A stretch of 63,477 bases of DNA from an uncultured Clostridia bacterium (GTDB lineage Bacteria > Bacillota > Clostridia > Christensenellales > UBA1242). The notes under the pieces were generated by a model. It was given only the letters and a program-made list of their open reading frames with translations. It was not told where the DNA came from and ran no database searches. The stretch is taken from NCBI GenBank assembly GCA_944381105.1, contig CALWJU010000023.1, positions 1-63,477 on the forward strand, written 5' to 3'. Position numbers and translations under genes: made by a program. Below are positions 56,098 through 63,477 of this stretch, piece after piece. Numbering within the stretch: position 1 is the stretch's first letter; each line of letters starts with the position of its first letter.

Positions 56098-57537
56098 ATG
56101 GCAGACAATAAAGTAAAGAAGGGATTTGCCACATATTTGCTTGTACTGTTACTTATTATAGTGGCAGCCTTTTTGATTGTAATAGTGGTTATGCTCTTCT
56201 CGCCTTTTCAAAATATCTTAGGTTTTCAATATTTGACATATAATGATTATTTTTATGTAGGCAATACAGCAACGTCAGATGTTATAAATTTTGCCGATAT
56301 TGAGGAAATAAATATTACATGCGAAAATGCACAAGTAAAAGTCGAGAGAAGCATGGAAGCTTCAAACGATTCTATAAGATTTGAAAATTATTGCAAAGGT
56401 TTTGCTCATGCAGGAGACAATACAGCGTTTAACTATGATATTTATTTTGCAAATGAAGAGAAAACTATATTAAACGTTGAAGTTGAAGAGCCTGAGGGAT
56501 TTCTTTTCTTTGATAATAGGGTTATTGTTAGTGTAATAGTTCCAGCAGATTCAACCTATTCACTTGAAGACACTGCTATTAATATAAGTAATACAAGCGG
56601 AACAGTTACAATTGGAAATCAAACAAGATTAACAGACGATGAGAGTGTTTCAGGTATAAGAAATACCCTTGACTTAAACTCGTTTAGCGTGAGAACAATA
56701 AGTGGAAATGTAATTCTCTATTCTTTTATTGATAGCACTTTTGATGATGTGTATGTAAGAACTGAATCGGGCAGTGTAACAATGCACATAGATGACTATA
56801 ATGTAAATGATAAAATAGAGTTTCACACAACAAGTGGAAATTTTAACCTTAACAATATAAATTATGAAGGCGAAGAAAATGTACAGGAAAATATAGTTTT
56901 TAATGTTGGCAATGGTAATTTTTATGTTGATTCTGTAAGCGGAAATGTAAGTCTGGGTATTGAAAGTGGGTATTTGAGCATAGATAACCTAAATGGAAAT
57001 TTAACCGCCATAGACTCTGTAAGACAAATGGACACTGCTCAAATATACATTGACAATATGGATGGAGACCTTAATTTGCCATTTGCAAATGCGTCTAGTA
57101 TAACGATAGGCACATTAAATCAAGGTAATCTTGTTTTTATTAGTGGAACAAGTGGGAATGTAAACATAGGTCAAATGGATGGCTATGCAGATATTGAAAC
57201 TACCTCTGGAAATGTAAGCGTAACTAACTTGTCAGATGACATGGAAATAACCACTACAAGTGGAAATATTGAGGTGTCATATGATAGTGATGTTACTAAT
57301 AGCGTGCTTAATTTTAAATCAGACACAGGACGAATAGACGTGAGGATAAGAAGCGGATTTAAATGCGTGGCAGAATTTCTGAATTCAAGTGGAGAAAGAG
57401 ATAATTCAAGAGTTGATATCCAATTTTATATTCCAGATTTTACAAACCCACTTCTTATTAATGTCAATAGTGAGCAGGATGAAGGTAGTTTAATGTATAT
57501 TACTACTGATTCAGATGTAACCTTGTCTTTGATATAA
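56098..57537 (+). CDS. membrane-anchored DUF4097-type beta-helical repeat protein (putative adhesin/LiaG-like)
   Basis: N-terminal TM plus recurring T(T/S)SGN(V/I/F) repeats (TISGNV, TESGSV, TTSGNF, TTSGNV, TTSGNI, SDTGRI). GGAGGA SD. Confidence 0.65.
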   Translation: MADNKVKKGFATYLLVLLLIIVAAFLIVIVVMLFSPFQNILGFQYLTYNDYFYVGNTATSDVINFADIEEINITCENAQVKVERSMEASNDSIRFENYCKGFAHAGDNTAFNYDIYFANEEKTILNVEVEEPEGFLFFDNRVIVSVIVPADSTYSLEDTAINISNTSGTVTIGNQTRLTDDESVSGIRNTLDLNSFSVRTISGNVILYSFIDSTFDDVYVRTESGSVTMHIDDYNVNDKIEFHTTSGNFNLNNINYEGEENVQENIVFNVGNGNFYVDSVSGNVSLGIESGYLSIDNLNGNLTAIDSVRQMDTAQIYIDNMDGDLNLPFANASSITIGTLNQGNLVFISGTSGNVNIGQMDGYADIETTSGNVSVTNLSDDMEITTTSGNIEVSYDSDVTNSVLNFKSDTGRIDVRIRSGFKCVAEFLNSSGERDNSRVDIQFYIPDFTNPLLINVNSEQDEGSLMYITTDSDVTLSLI

Positions 57538-57550
57538 AATCAATAAAATA

Positions 57551-57581
57551 AAAACCTTAATACAAAAATTAAGGTTTTTTG
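57551..57581 (+). terminator. intrinsic terminator
   Basis: AAAACCTTAAT...ATTAAGGTTTT followed by a T-run. Confidence 0.6.
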
Positions 57582-57625
57582 TTTGCAAAAATATGACAAT
57601 TTGTTATAATTTAAAAGAGGATAAA

Positions 57626-58657
57626 ATGAAAATATTACACACAGCAGATATTCATTTAGGTGCTAAAAATGTTAGATTAAGCCTTGATAGACAGGCAAAA
57701 ATCAGAGAGGAACAAAATAGGTTAATTACCAATCTTTTTTCTGATGCTTATCGAAATGACTATGATGTAGTATTGATATGCGGAGATTTGTTCCATTCTA
57801 AAAACATATCATCAAAGATAACCAATAACTTTTTTAGGTCGGTTGAAAATTTTGCACGTCCTGTTTTATACGTTAAAGGAAATCATGATGAAAAATTTGA
57901 TTTTACGAATTTGCCTAAAAATTTTATTGTCCTATATGGAGACTTTTATGAGTATAACAATGTGGTTTTTTGGGGGCAACAAGATGCAGAAATTATTGCA
58001 AAGAAAATAGATAAAAATAAAATTAATATAATGCTTTTGCACGGAGATATTAAAAATAGAAATGATAGAGACTTTGTAGATATAGAAGAATATATTTCTT
58101 TACCTTTTAACTATATAGCACTTGGGCATATTCATAGTTATGAAAAACAGATAAAAAATGATATAAGTATAGTTTATCCAGGTTCACTTTTCTCAAACGG
58201 TTTTGATGAAACTGGTAGAAAAGGTTATGTTGAATTGACATTCGACGAAAGCGGAATAAAAGATAAATTTATTGAGTATGGCACATATTCCTATATGCTA
58301 AAATATTGTGATATAACAAATCTTTCTTCTTACAATGATATTCTTGAAAAAGCAAAAGAGTCTCTTCGTGATTGTAGTGAAAACGACCTTGTTAGGCTTA
58401 TAATAAATGGCTATTATAGTGAAGATTGCGAAAAGTATTTGACTGAACTTCAAAGAGCGCTTGATAATTATTTCTATTTTGAACTTATTGATAAAAGTAA
58501 ATTAAAAATAGACTTTGAGAAAATAAAGAATGAAGAACTTTCTTTCAAGGCAGAATTTTTATTGCTGGTAGAAAATAGCAGTGAAGATGATGACAGCAAA
58601 AATAAAATCTGTCAACTAGGGATAGAAGCACTTAGAGGGGATGAATTGTCAATATGA
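57626..58657 (+). CDS. SbcD/Mre11-family metallophosphoesterase (YhaO-like)
   Basis: Start at MKILHTADIHLG after an AAGAGGA SD. Phosphoesterase motifs DIHLG, GDLFH, GNHD, LLHGD and GHIH. Confidence 0.75.
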   Translation: MKILHTADIHLGAKNVRLSLDRQAKIREEQNRLITNLFSDAYRNDYDVVLICGDLFHSKNISSKITNNFFRSVENFARPVLYVKGNHDEKFDFTNLPKNFIVLYGDFYEYNNVVFWGQQDAEIIAKKIDKNKINIMLLHGDIKNRNDRDFVDIEEYISLPFNYIALGHIHSYEKQIKNDISIVYPGSLFSNGFDETGRKGYVELTFDESGIKDKFIEYGTYSYMLKYCDITNLSSYNDILEKAKESLRDCSENDLVRLIINGYYSEDCEKYLTELQRALDNYFYFELIDKSKLKIDFEKIKNEELSFKAEFLLLVENSSEDDDSKNKICQLGIEALRGDELSI

Positions 58658-60426
58658 AATTATTAAGATTACACGTTGAAAATTTTGGAAAACTACATAA
58701 TCTTGACCTTGATTTTAAGGATGAAATTAATGAAATAATAAAAGAAAACGGATGGGGTAAAACGACACTATCAATCTTTATTAAATCATTATTTTATAGC
58801 ATGAGTGCAAGGACGAGAGGAGATGAATATAAATCGGAGAGAAGTAGATATCTGTCTTGGCAGGGTGGAGTCTATGGAGGCTTTATAGAATACGAGATGG
58901 GTGGGAAAAGGTATAGAGTTACTAGAACTTTTGGAAAGACTCCTGAATATGATACCTTTGAGCTTTTTGACTATTCAAACAATGTAGCCATAAAAGAAGA
59001 GAAAAAAGTTTTAGGTGAAGAGATTTTTGGCGTTGGGGAGCAGTCTTTTCTTATGACAGCATTTTTCCCACAACTCAACTTTAAAAGTTCGTCAAACTCA
59101 GAACTTACCGCAAATCTTACAGGTGTAAATAAATATCAAGATGATTTAGAAAGTATTGATAAAGCAATTAAGGTACTAAAAGCAAGACGACTAGATATAA
59201 AAAGAAATATACCTAAAAAGAGTGATATTGAAGAAAAAAGAATGATTTTAAATCAGGTAAGGGCAAAGACAACTGCTTTATCACAAGAAATAGATGAAAA
59301 AGAGAGAGAATTAACAAGTGCCAAAGAGAAGAAAAAACAAATAGATGATAGCGTCATTGTAGCAAAAGATAAACTTGCTCTTCAAGAAGAAAAATATCAA
59401 AACAAACTAAGCATAGAAAGCAAAATAAGAGATTTAACATCACAGGTAGCCACACTTTATGAAAAACAGTCCTCTATTCAAGATAAGGCAATAGCAAATC
59501 TTAATGGAAAGGAAAAAGACAAAAAAAATTATGCCCTAATAATTTTTGCTATTCTTTTAGCGGTACTTGCAGTCGGAGTTACTGTTCTTTATGTTTTTAA
59601 TGTAATAGACTTGACGTTATTTATTTCTATATTGGCGGTAAGTATAATTACTCTTATAATTTTAGTAGCCTTTATTACTTTAAAGACAAAAAAGGACAGA
59701 GAATTAAATTCAAAAATTGGTTCATCAGTGGATATGGCAAGAAAATTTAAGGAGCAGATTGATGATTTGAATAATAGCCTAAAAAAACTTGATAAAATGC
59801 TCAACGATAATTATGCGAATGTAACCTTACCAAAGCGAGATGATTACGAAGAGATAAAAAACAAACAAAACTCTGCAAATATGAACATTTATTCGATTGA
59901 AAATAGTTTGCTAAGATTGCGAAATGATTTGGAGGAGAGTGTTGGTCAAGAAGAGTATATTTCTTCACAAATAGAACTTTTAAAAGAAGGGTACACATCT
60001 CTTAATGAAAAATATTCTCTCGTAGAGAAGACTATTGACTTTCTTCTAAAAGCAAGAGATAACGTCGCTTCAAGATATGTAAGTTCAATTAATGGCGAGT
60101 TTTCACAGATAATGAAGAAGTTTAATATCGATGAAAATCGTTTTATAATTGATAATCAGTGGACAGTTAAGGAGCAGACGTCAATTGGCACAAAAGATTT
60201 TGAATATTCTTCACAAGGGATACAAGACATTATATCATTTTGCCAAAGGATTAGTTTAATAAATAAAATTTATAAAAAGGAAAAGCCTTTTGTAATTCTT
60301 GACGATACTTTTGTAAATCTTGATGACAATATGCTCGAATGTGCCAAAGAAGTTGTAAAAGAACTTTCAAAGGAGTTTCAAGTAGTCTATATTTGTTGCC
60401 ATAGTAGATGCTCTATTTTAAATTGA
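58654..60426 (+). CDS. SbcC/Rad50-like (YhaN/AAA_27-like) ATPase with a transmembrane hairpin in the coiled-coil
   Basis: ATGA overlap with the upstream gene. Walker A ENGWGKTT, coiled-coil segments, two adjacent TM helices (YALIIFAILLAVLAVGVTVLYVF...LFISILAVSIITLIILVAFITL), a signature-like SSQGIQD and Walker B PFVILDDTF. Confidence 0.65.
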   Translation: MKLLRLHVENFGKLHNLDLDFKDEINEIIKENGWGKTTLSIFIKSLFYSMSARTRGDEYKSERSRYLSWQGGVYGGFIEYEMGGKRYRVTRTFGKTPEYDTFELFDYSNNVAIKEEKKVLGEEIFGVGEQSFLMTAFFPQLNFKSSSNSELTANLTGVNKYQDDLESIDKAIKVLKARRLDIKRNIPKKSDIEEKRMILNQVRAKTTALSQEIDEKERELTSAKEKKKQIDDSVIVAKDKLALQEEKYQNKLSIESKIRDLTSQVATLYEKQSSIQDKAIANLNGKEKDKKNYALIIFAILLAVLAVGVTVLYVFNVIDLTLFISILAVSIITLIILVAFITLKTKKDRELNSKIGSSVDMARKFKEQIDDLNNSLKKLDKMLNDNYANVTLPKRDDYEEIKNKQNSANMNIYSIENSLLRLRNDLEESVGQEEYISSQIELLKEGYTSLNEKYSLVEKTIDFLLKARDNVASRYVSSINGEFSQIMKKFNIDENRFIIDNQWTVKEQTSIGTKDFEYSSQGIQDIISFCQRISLINKIYKKEKPFVILDDTFVNLDDNMLECAKEVVKELSKEFQVVYICCHSRCSILN

Positions 60427-60702
60427 TTTAAAAATATTTTTTATTTTGTGATGATTATAAATTTTATCCTATTAATGTTTCTATAATAGAGGATGAACTA
60501 AGAAAGGCACAACTTGTTTGTATAGAAAAACTAAATTAATATTAATTATTATAGGTAAATATAAAAAAGAATTATTTATTGTAAGGAGTAAAAAGGTTTT
60601 GTATATTATTACAACTGAATAAAAAGATTTTATTTTTATAAGATAAGCAAAAAAAGTTTTATTTATTGATGACAAATATAAGTCAAAGATAAACAAAAAA
60701 AC

Positions 60703-60785
60703 GCACTTAAAAGAATGTCTTAACGACATTTTGCAAACGCTGTTTGCAAGTTCGTTTGATTACTCAAACGAACACTTTTAAGTGC
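60703..60785. other. perfect four-way-junction palindromic module (closing stem plus three abutting hairpins); candidate structured RNA, DNA cruciform or complex terminator
   Basis: Closing stem GCACTTAAAAG (60703-60713) / CTTTTAAGTGC (60775-60785) encloses AATGTC-TTAAC-GACATT, TTGCAAAC-GCT-GTTTGCAA and GTTCGTTTGA-TTAC-TCAAACGAAC. All 35 pairs are Watson-Crick. It is flanked by A7 upstream and TTTTATT downstream. Confidence 0.7.
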
Positions 60786-61004
60786 TTTTATTATACTTGT
60801 CTAATAGATTCAATTTTATCAAATAATTAAAGTATTATTTTAATTAATATGCTATTATTTATTTAATTAAAATGACCTTAACGAAGTTATTCTCTTTCAA
60901 TATCTTCGTCGTTACAAATATCAACATTTTCAAATCTCATTTTATGAATATCATCCATATCTTTCATAAATTTTTCATGTTCATATTTTTCATACAATAA
61001 ATGA

Positions 61005-61144
61005 TATTATCGGAAGTCGAACTTGCTTGCAAGAGTGAGACTGATAGGTTTTACACACTATGTGATGAGTGCTAAAAGCACACAAATTCGCAAGAATTTA
61101 TTAAAATTTTATGCTAATAAAATTTTATCATCACATAGTTTATA
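61005..61144 (+). repeat. Modular cloverleaf repeat, unit B (canonical 5' module plus alpha cassette), solitary
   Basis: TATTATCGGAAGTCGAACTTGCTTGCAAGAGTGAGACTGATAGG... is followed by a perfect closing stem ACTATGTGATGA/TCATCACATAGT and the same three alpha hairpins as unit A1. Confidence 0.85.
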
Positions 61145-61283
61145 TTCTGTTTCAGAAAGGACATCGGATTTTACTTCAATATTATGGTCTCCGTGCTTTA
61201 ATTTCTTAATAAATTTTTAAGTATTTTTTAGATTTTCCATAATAATATTTCCTTTTATAAAAATTCAAAACAGCAAACAAAAA

Positions 61284-61315
61284 TTTTATCAAAATGTTTG
61301 GGTTCCACCCCAATT
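61284..61315 (+). repeat. 32-nt direct repeat, copy 1
   Basis: TTTTATCAAAATGTTTGGGTTCCACCCCAATT recurs at 61543-61574 with one mismatch. Confidence 0.8.
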
Positions 61316-61542
61316 TATGTATGGGTAAAAATATGAAATGTTATATCTGTAAAAAAAATTAAAATTTGATGATAAAAATGGAATCACCCCTTGTGGGTCC
61401 AAATTGATGAAAAAATCTAGAAGATTTTTTCTGAGAACGGAGGGGGAGCTGGGAGGGGAACCGAAATATTAACGGTTAGCCTCTATATGAGGCGTGCCCG
61501 TGTACCTATGGTTGATAAAATTTTAAACGGAACGTGCAAAAG

Positions 61543-61588
61543 TTTTATCAAAATGTTTGGGTTTCACCCCAATTGTTCCACCCCAATT
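61543..61588 (+). repeat. 32-nt direct repeat, copy 2, plus an extra GTTCCACCCCAATT half-copy that overlaps the proS stop codon
   Basis: TTTTATCAAAATGTTTGGGTTTCACCCCAATT is followed by GTTCCACCCCAATT (61575-61588). Confidence 0.8.
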
Positions 61589-63017
61589 AGTACTGTATCC
61601 CCCAATATACCATATGCTTTGCTTTCTTTCCACAAACTATACAGTGGTCGGAAATATGTTCCTCTTCAAATGGTATGCAACGTGATTTCATTCCACGTAT
61701 TTCTTTCATTTTGAGTTCGCACTCTTGATCTCCGCACCACATAGCCTTAATAAATCCAGGTTTTGTGTTCATAATTACACGAACTTCATCAAGATTAGTG
61801 CAAGTATAGGTTCTCTCCTTAGTATGTTTTAAAGCCTTTTCGTACATAGATATTTGTATATCATCAAGCAAAATCTTTGCTCTCTCAACGACCGTATCAA
61901 TATCTACAATTTCCTTTTCTCCATTATCACGTCTTGCCATAACAACATGACCATTTGCAATATCACGAGGGCCAATCTCAATTCTCAGAGGAACACCTTT
62001 CATTTCATACTCTGCAAACTTAAATCCAGCACTCTTGTCAGAGGTATCTAAAATCGTTCGGTATCCTTGTTCTTTTAATTGTTTTTCAAGTTTGCTAGCA
62101 ACATCTAAAACTTTTTCGTCATTTCTAATAGTCGCAATTACTATTTGCTTAGGTGCTATCTTAGGAGGTAGAATAAGTCCATTATCATCGCCATGAACCA
62201 TGATAAGTGCACCTATCATCCTAGAACTTGCACCCCAGGATGTTTGATAAACGTTTTGAATTTTATTGTTTCTATCAACAAACTTAACATTGAAAGGAAT
62301 AGAAAATTTTTGTCCAAAATAGTGAGAAGTTGCCGACTGCAAAGATACTCCATCATACATAAGTGCTTCAAGGGATAGGGTGTATTCAGCGCCAGCAAAT
62401 TTTTCTTTCTCTGTCTTTTTGCCTACAAGTACAGGTATTGCAAGATATTTTTCAAAGAAAGTTTTGTATATATTAAGCATACGCAAGGTCTCTTCTTGTG
62501 CTTCTTCTGCTGTCTCATGAATGGTATGACCTTCCTGCCATAAAAACTCACGTGTGCGAAGGAATGGTCTAGTAGATTTTTCCCATCTTACCACGCTACA
62601 CCATTGATTATAAAGTTTAGGCAAATCTCTATATGAGCCGATTATACTTGCATAATAGTCGCAAAATAGAGTTTCAGAGGTAGGGCGAACAGCCAGACGC
62701 TCTTCAAGTTTATTTTTACCACCATGAGTTACCCAAGCCGCCTCTGGTGCAAAACCCTCAACATGCTCAGCCTCTTTTAAAAGTAAACTTTCAGGTATAA
62801 ACATAGGCATGTAAAGGTTTTCATGCCTGGTTTCTTTAAACATTTTATCAAGTACAGACTGCATGTTTTCCCAGATAGCAAAAGCGTATGGCTCAAAGAC
62901 CACACAGCCTTTAACAGATGTGTAATGAGCAAGATGAGCCTGCTTTACAATATCAGTATACCATTTAGCAAAGTCATCATCACGAGATGTAATTTTTTCA
63001 TTTTTTACAATAGCCAT
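61587..63017 (-). CDS. proS: proline--tRNA ligase (archaeal/eukaryote-like type with C-terminal zinc-binding domain)
   Basis: 476 aa with class II motifs (RPTSET, FLRTREFLWQEGHT) and an anticodon-binding domain. The C-terminal CxxC...CxxC ends in ...VYWGIQY. Confidence 0.9.
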   Translation of the reverse strand: MAIVKNEKITSRDDDFAKWYTDIVKQAHLAHYTSVKGCVVFEPYAFAIWENMQSVLDKMFKETRHENLYMPMFIPESLLLKEAEHVEGFAPEAAWVTHGGKNKLEERLAVRPTSETLFCDYYASIIGSYRDLPKLYNQWCSVVRWEKSTRPFLRTREFLWQEGHTIHETAEEAQEETLRMLNIYKTFFEKYLAIPVLVGKKTEKEKFAGAEYTLSLEALMYDGVSLQSATSHYFGQKFSIPFNVKFVDRNNKIQNVYQTSWGASSRMIGALIMVHGDDNGLILPPKIAPKQIVIATIRNDEKVLDVASKLEKQLKEQGYRTILDTSDKSAGFKFAEYEMKGVPLRIEIGPRDIANGHVVMARRDNGEKEIVDIDTVVERAKILLDDIQISMYEKALKHTKERTYTCTNLDEVRVIMNTKPGFIKAMWCGDQECELKMKEIRGMKSRCIPFEEEHISDHCIVCGKKAKHMVYWGIQY

Positions 63018-63043
63018 AATAAAATCCTTTTAAATACTTTCAT

Positions 63044-63072
63044 ATTTTAGCATGCGAAAGGAAATTTGTCAA
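63044..63072 (-). promoter_or_regulatory. proS promoter TTGACA-17-TAAAAT
   Basis: Minus-strand hexamers at 63072-63067 and 63049-63044. The leader of about 20 nt carries an AAAAGGA SD. Confidence 0.5.
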
Positions 63073-63091
63073 ATCATAATAAGTGATTTTA

Positions 63092-63126
63092 TAAATTAAA
63101 ATAAAAGTCGCAATATTCTGCGACTT
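63092..63126 (-). terminator. intrinsic terminator downstream of the repeat tandem and upstream of the proS promoter
   Basis: The minus strand reads AAGTCGCA-GAATAT-TGCGACTT followed by TTATTTTAATTT. Confidence 0.6.
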
Positions 63127-63212
63127 AAATTCATATTGGATAATTTAGTTTTAGGAAATAGAATGTCAAATATAGTCTCTTAGATAAAATTATTTTTCTA
63201 CATTTTCTATAT

Positions 63213-63351
63213 TATAGACTATGTGATGTTAAAATTTTATTAGCATAAAATTTTATTAAATTCTTGCGAATTTATGTGCTTTTAGCACTCATCACATAGT
63301 ATGTAAAACCATCAGCCTCACTCTTGCAAGCAAGTTCGGCTTCCGATAATA
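63213..63351 (-). repeat. Modular cloverleaf repeat, unit C1 (alpha cassette)
   Basis: The reverse complement matches unit B over its whole length with only scattered substitutions. Confidence 0.85.
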
Positions 63352-63477
63352 TAAACTATGTGATGTTAAAATTTAAGCAAGTTAAATTTTAATTTTGCTA
63401 AACGCAAAAACACAATAAATTGTGTTCATCACATAGTATGTAAAACCATCAGTCTCACTCTTGCAAGCAAGTTCGAC
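63352..63477 (-). repeat. Modular cloverleaf repeat, unit C2 (beta cassette), truncated by the window end
   Basis: The reverse complement matches unit A2 (5566-5702) almost base for base. The window ends inside the 5' module. Confidence 0.85.

Noticed and set aside
60481-60729. The remaining intergenic ORF-track entries: 60481-60729 (-), 42377-42568 (-), 42993-43199 (-), 61023-61220 (+), 61487-61714 (+) and 13075-13350 (-).
   Set aside because: They sit in AT-rich spacers, run through repeat units or terminators, or overlap a better-supported gene. They have no SD and their composition is low-complexity.
61425-61475. A TPP riboswitch (CTGAGA box) or an RNase P RNA fragment (AGGGGAACC...TTAACGG resembles a stretch of Bacillus-type RNase P as I remember it).
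   Set aside because: Only these short strings match. The other universally conserved elements are absent: the ACCTGATCTGGATAATGCCAGCG-type pyrimidine sensor helix for TPP, and GAGGAAAGTCC (CR-I) for RNase P. The locus is also 3' of proS rather than in a 5' leader.

Overview
This is an AT-rich chromosomal window. From gene content (spoIIID, a dcw-cluster fragment, PFOR, lipobox lipoproteins) I infer a Gram-positive, Clostridia-like Bacillota organism. The genetic code looks standard, since TAA, TAG and TGA all terminate long conserved ORFs. Most of the window is housekeeping: murE-mraY-murD-ftsW/spoVE (minus strand), mfd, a PrsA-like lipoprotein, acpP, spoIIID, fba, hflX, rpoB-rpoC, tRNA-Glu(CUC), tkt, PFOR, truA, a compact alaS, an SbcD/SbcC(YhaO/YhaN)-like pair and proS. 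Four things are not explained by ordinary annotation. (1) A two-gene module at 19976-34137 encodes a PrgI/VirB3-VirB4 fusion ATPase followed 17 nt later by a 3825-aa GLUG-repeat lipoprotein. No other type IV secretion or conjugation gene is in the window, and the module sits directly upstream of rpoBC. (2) A modular intergenic repeat family of about 140-150 nt has at least 6 units at 4 loci. Two unrelated internal cassettes fold into the same shape (a closing stem plus three hairpins), and a diverged copy keeps the fold through compensatory substitutions. A third, perfect four-way-junction module lies at 60703-60785. (3) Small mobile-DNA scars are present: an IS200-type left end with a truncated tnpA, a 14-nt duplication of the tRNA-Glu 3' end, and 32-nt direct repeats bracketing a GC-rich insert after proS. 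(4) At least five genes share the same leaderless-type promoter geometry, with the -10 hexamer exactly 6 nt from the ATG and no SD. All functional calls come from reading motifs by eye. No database search was run.
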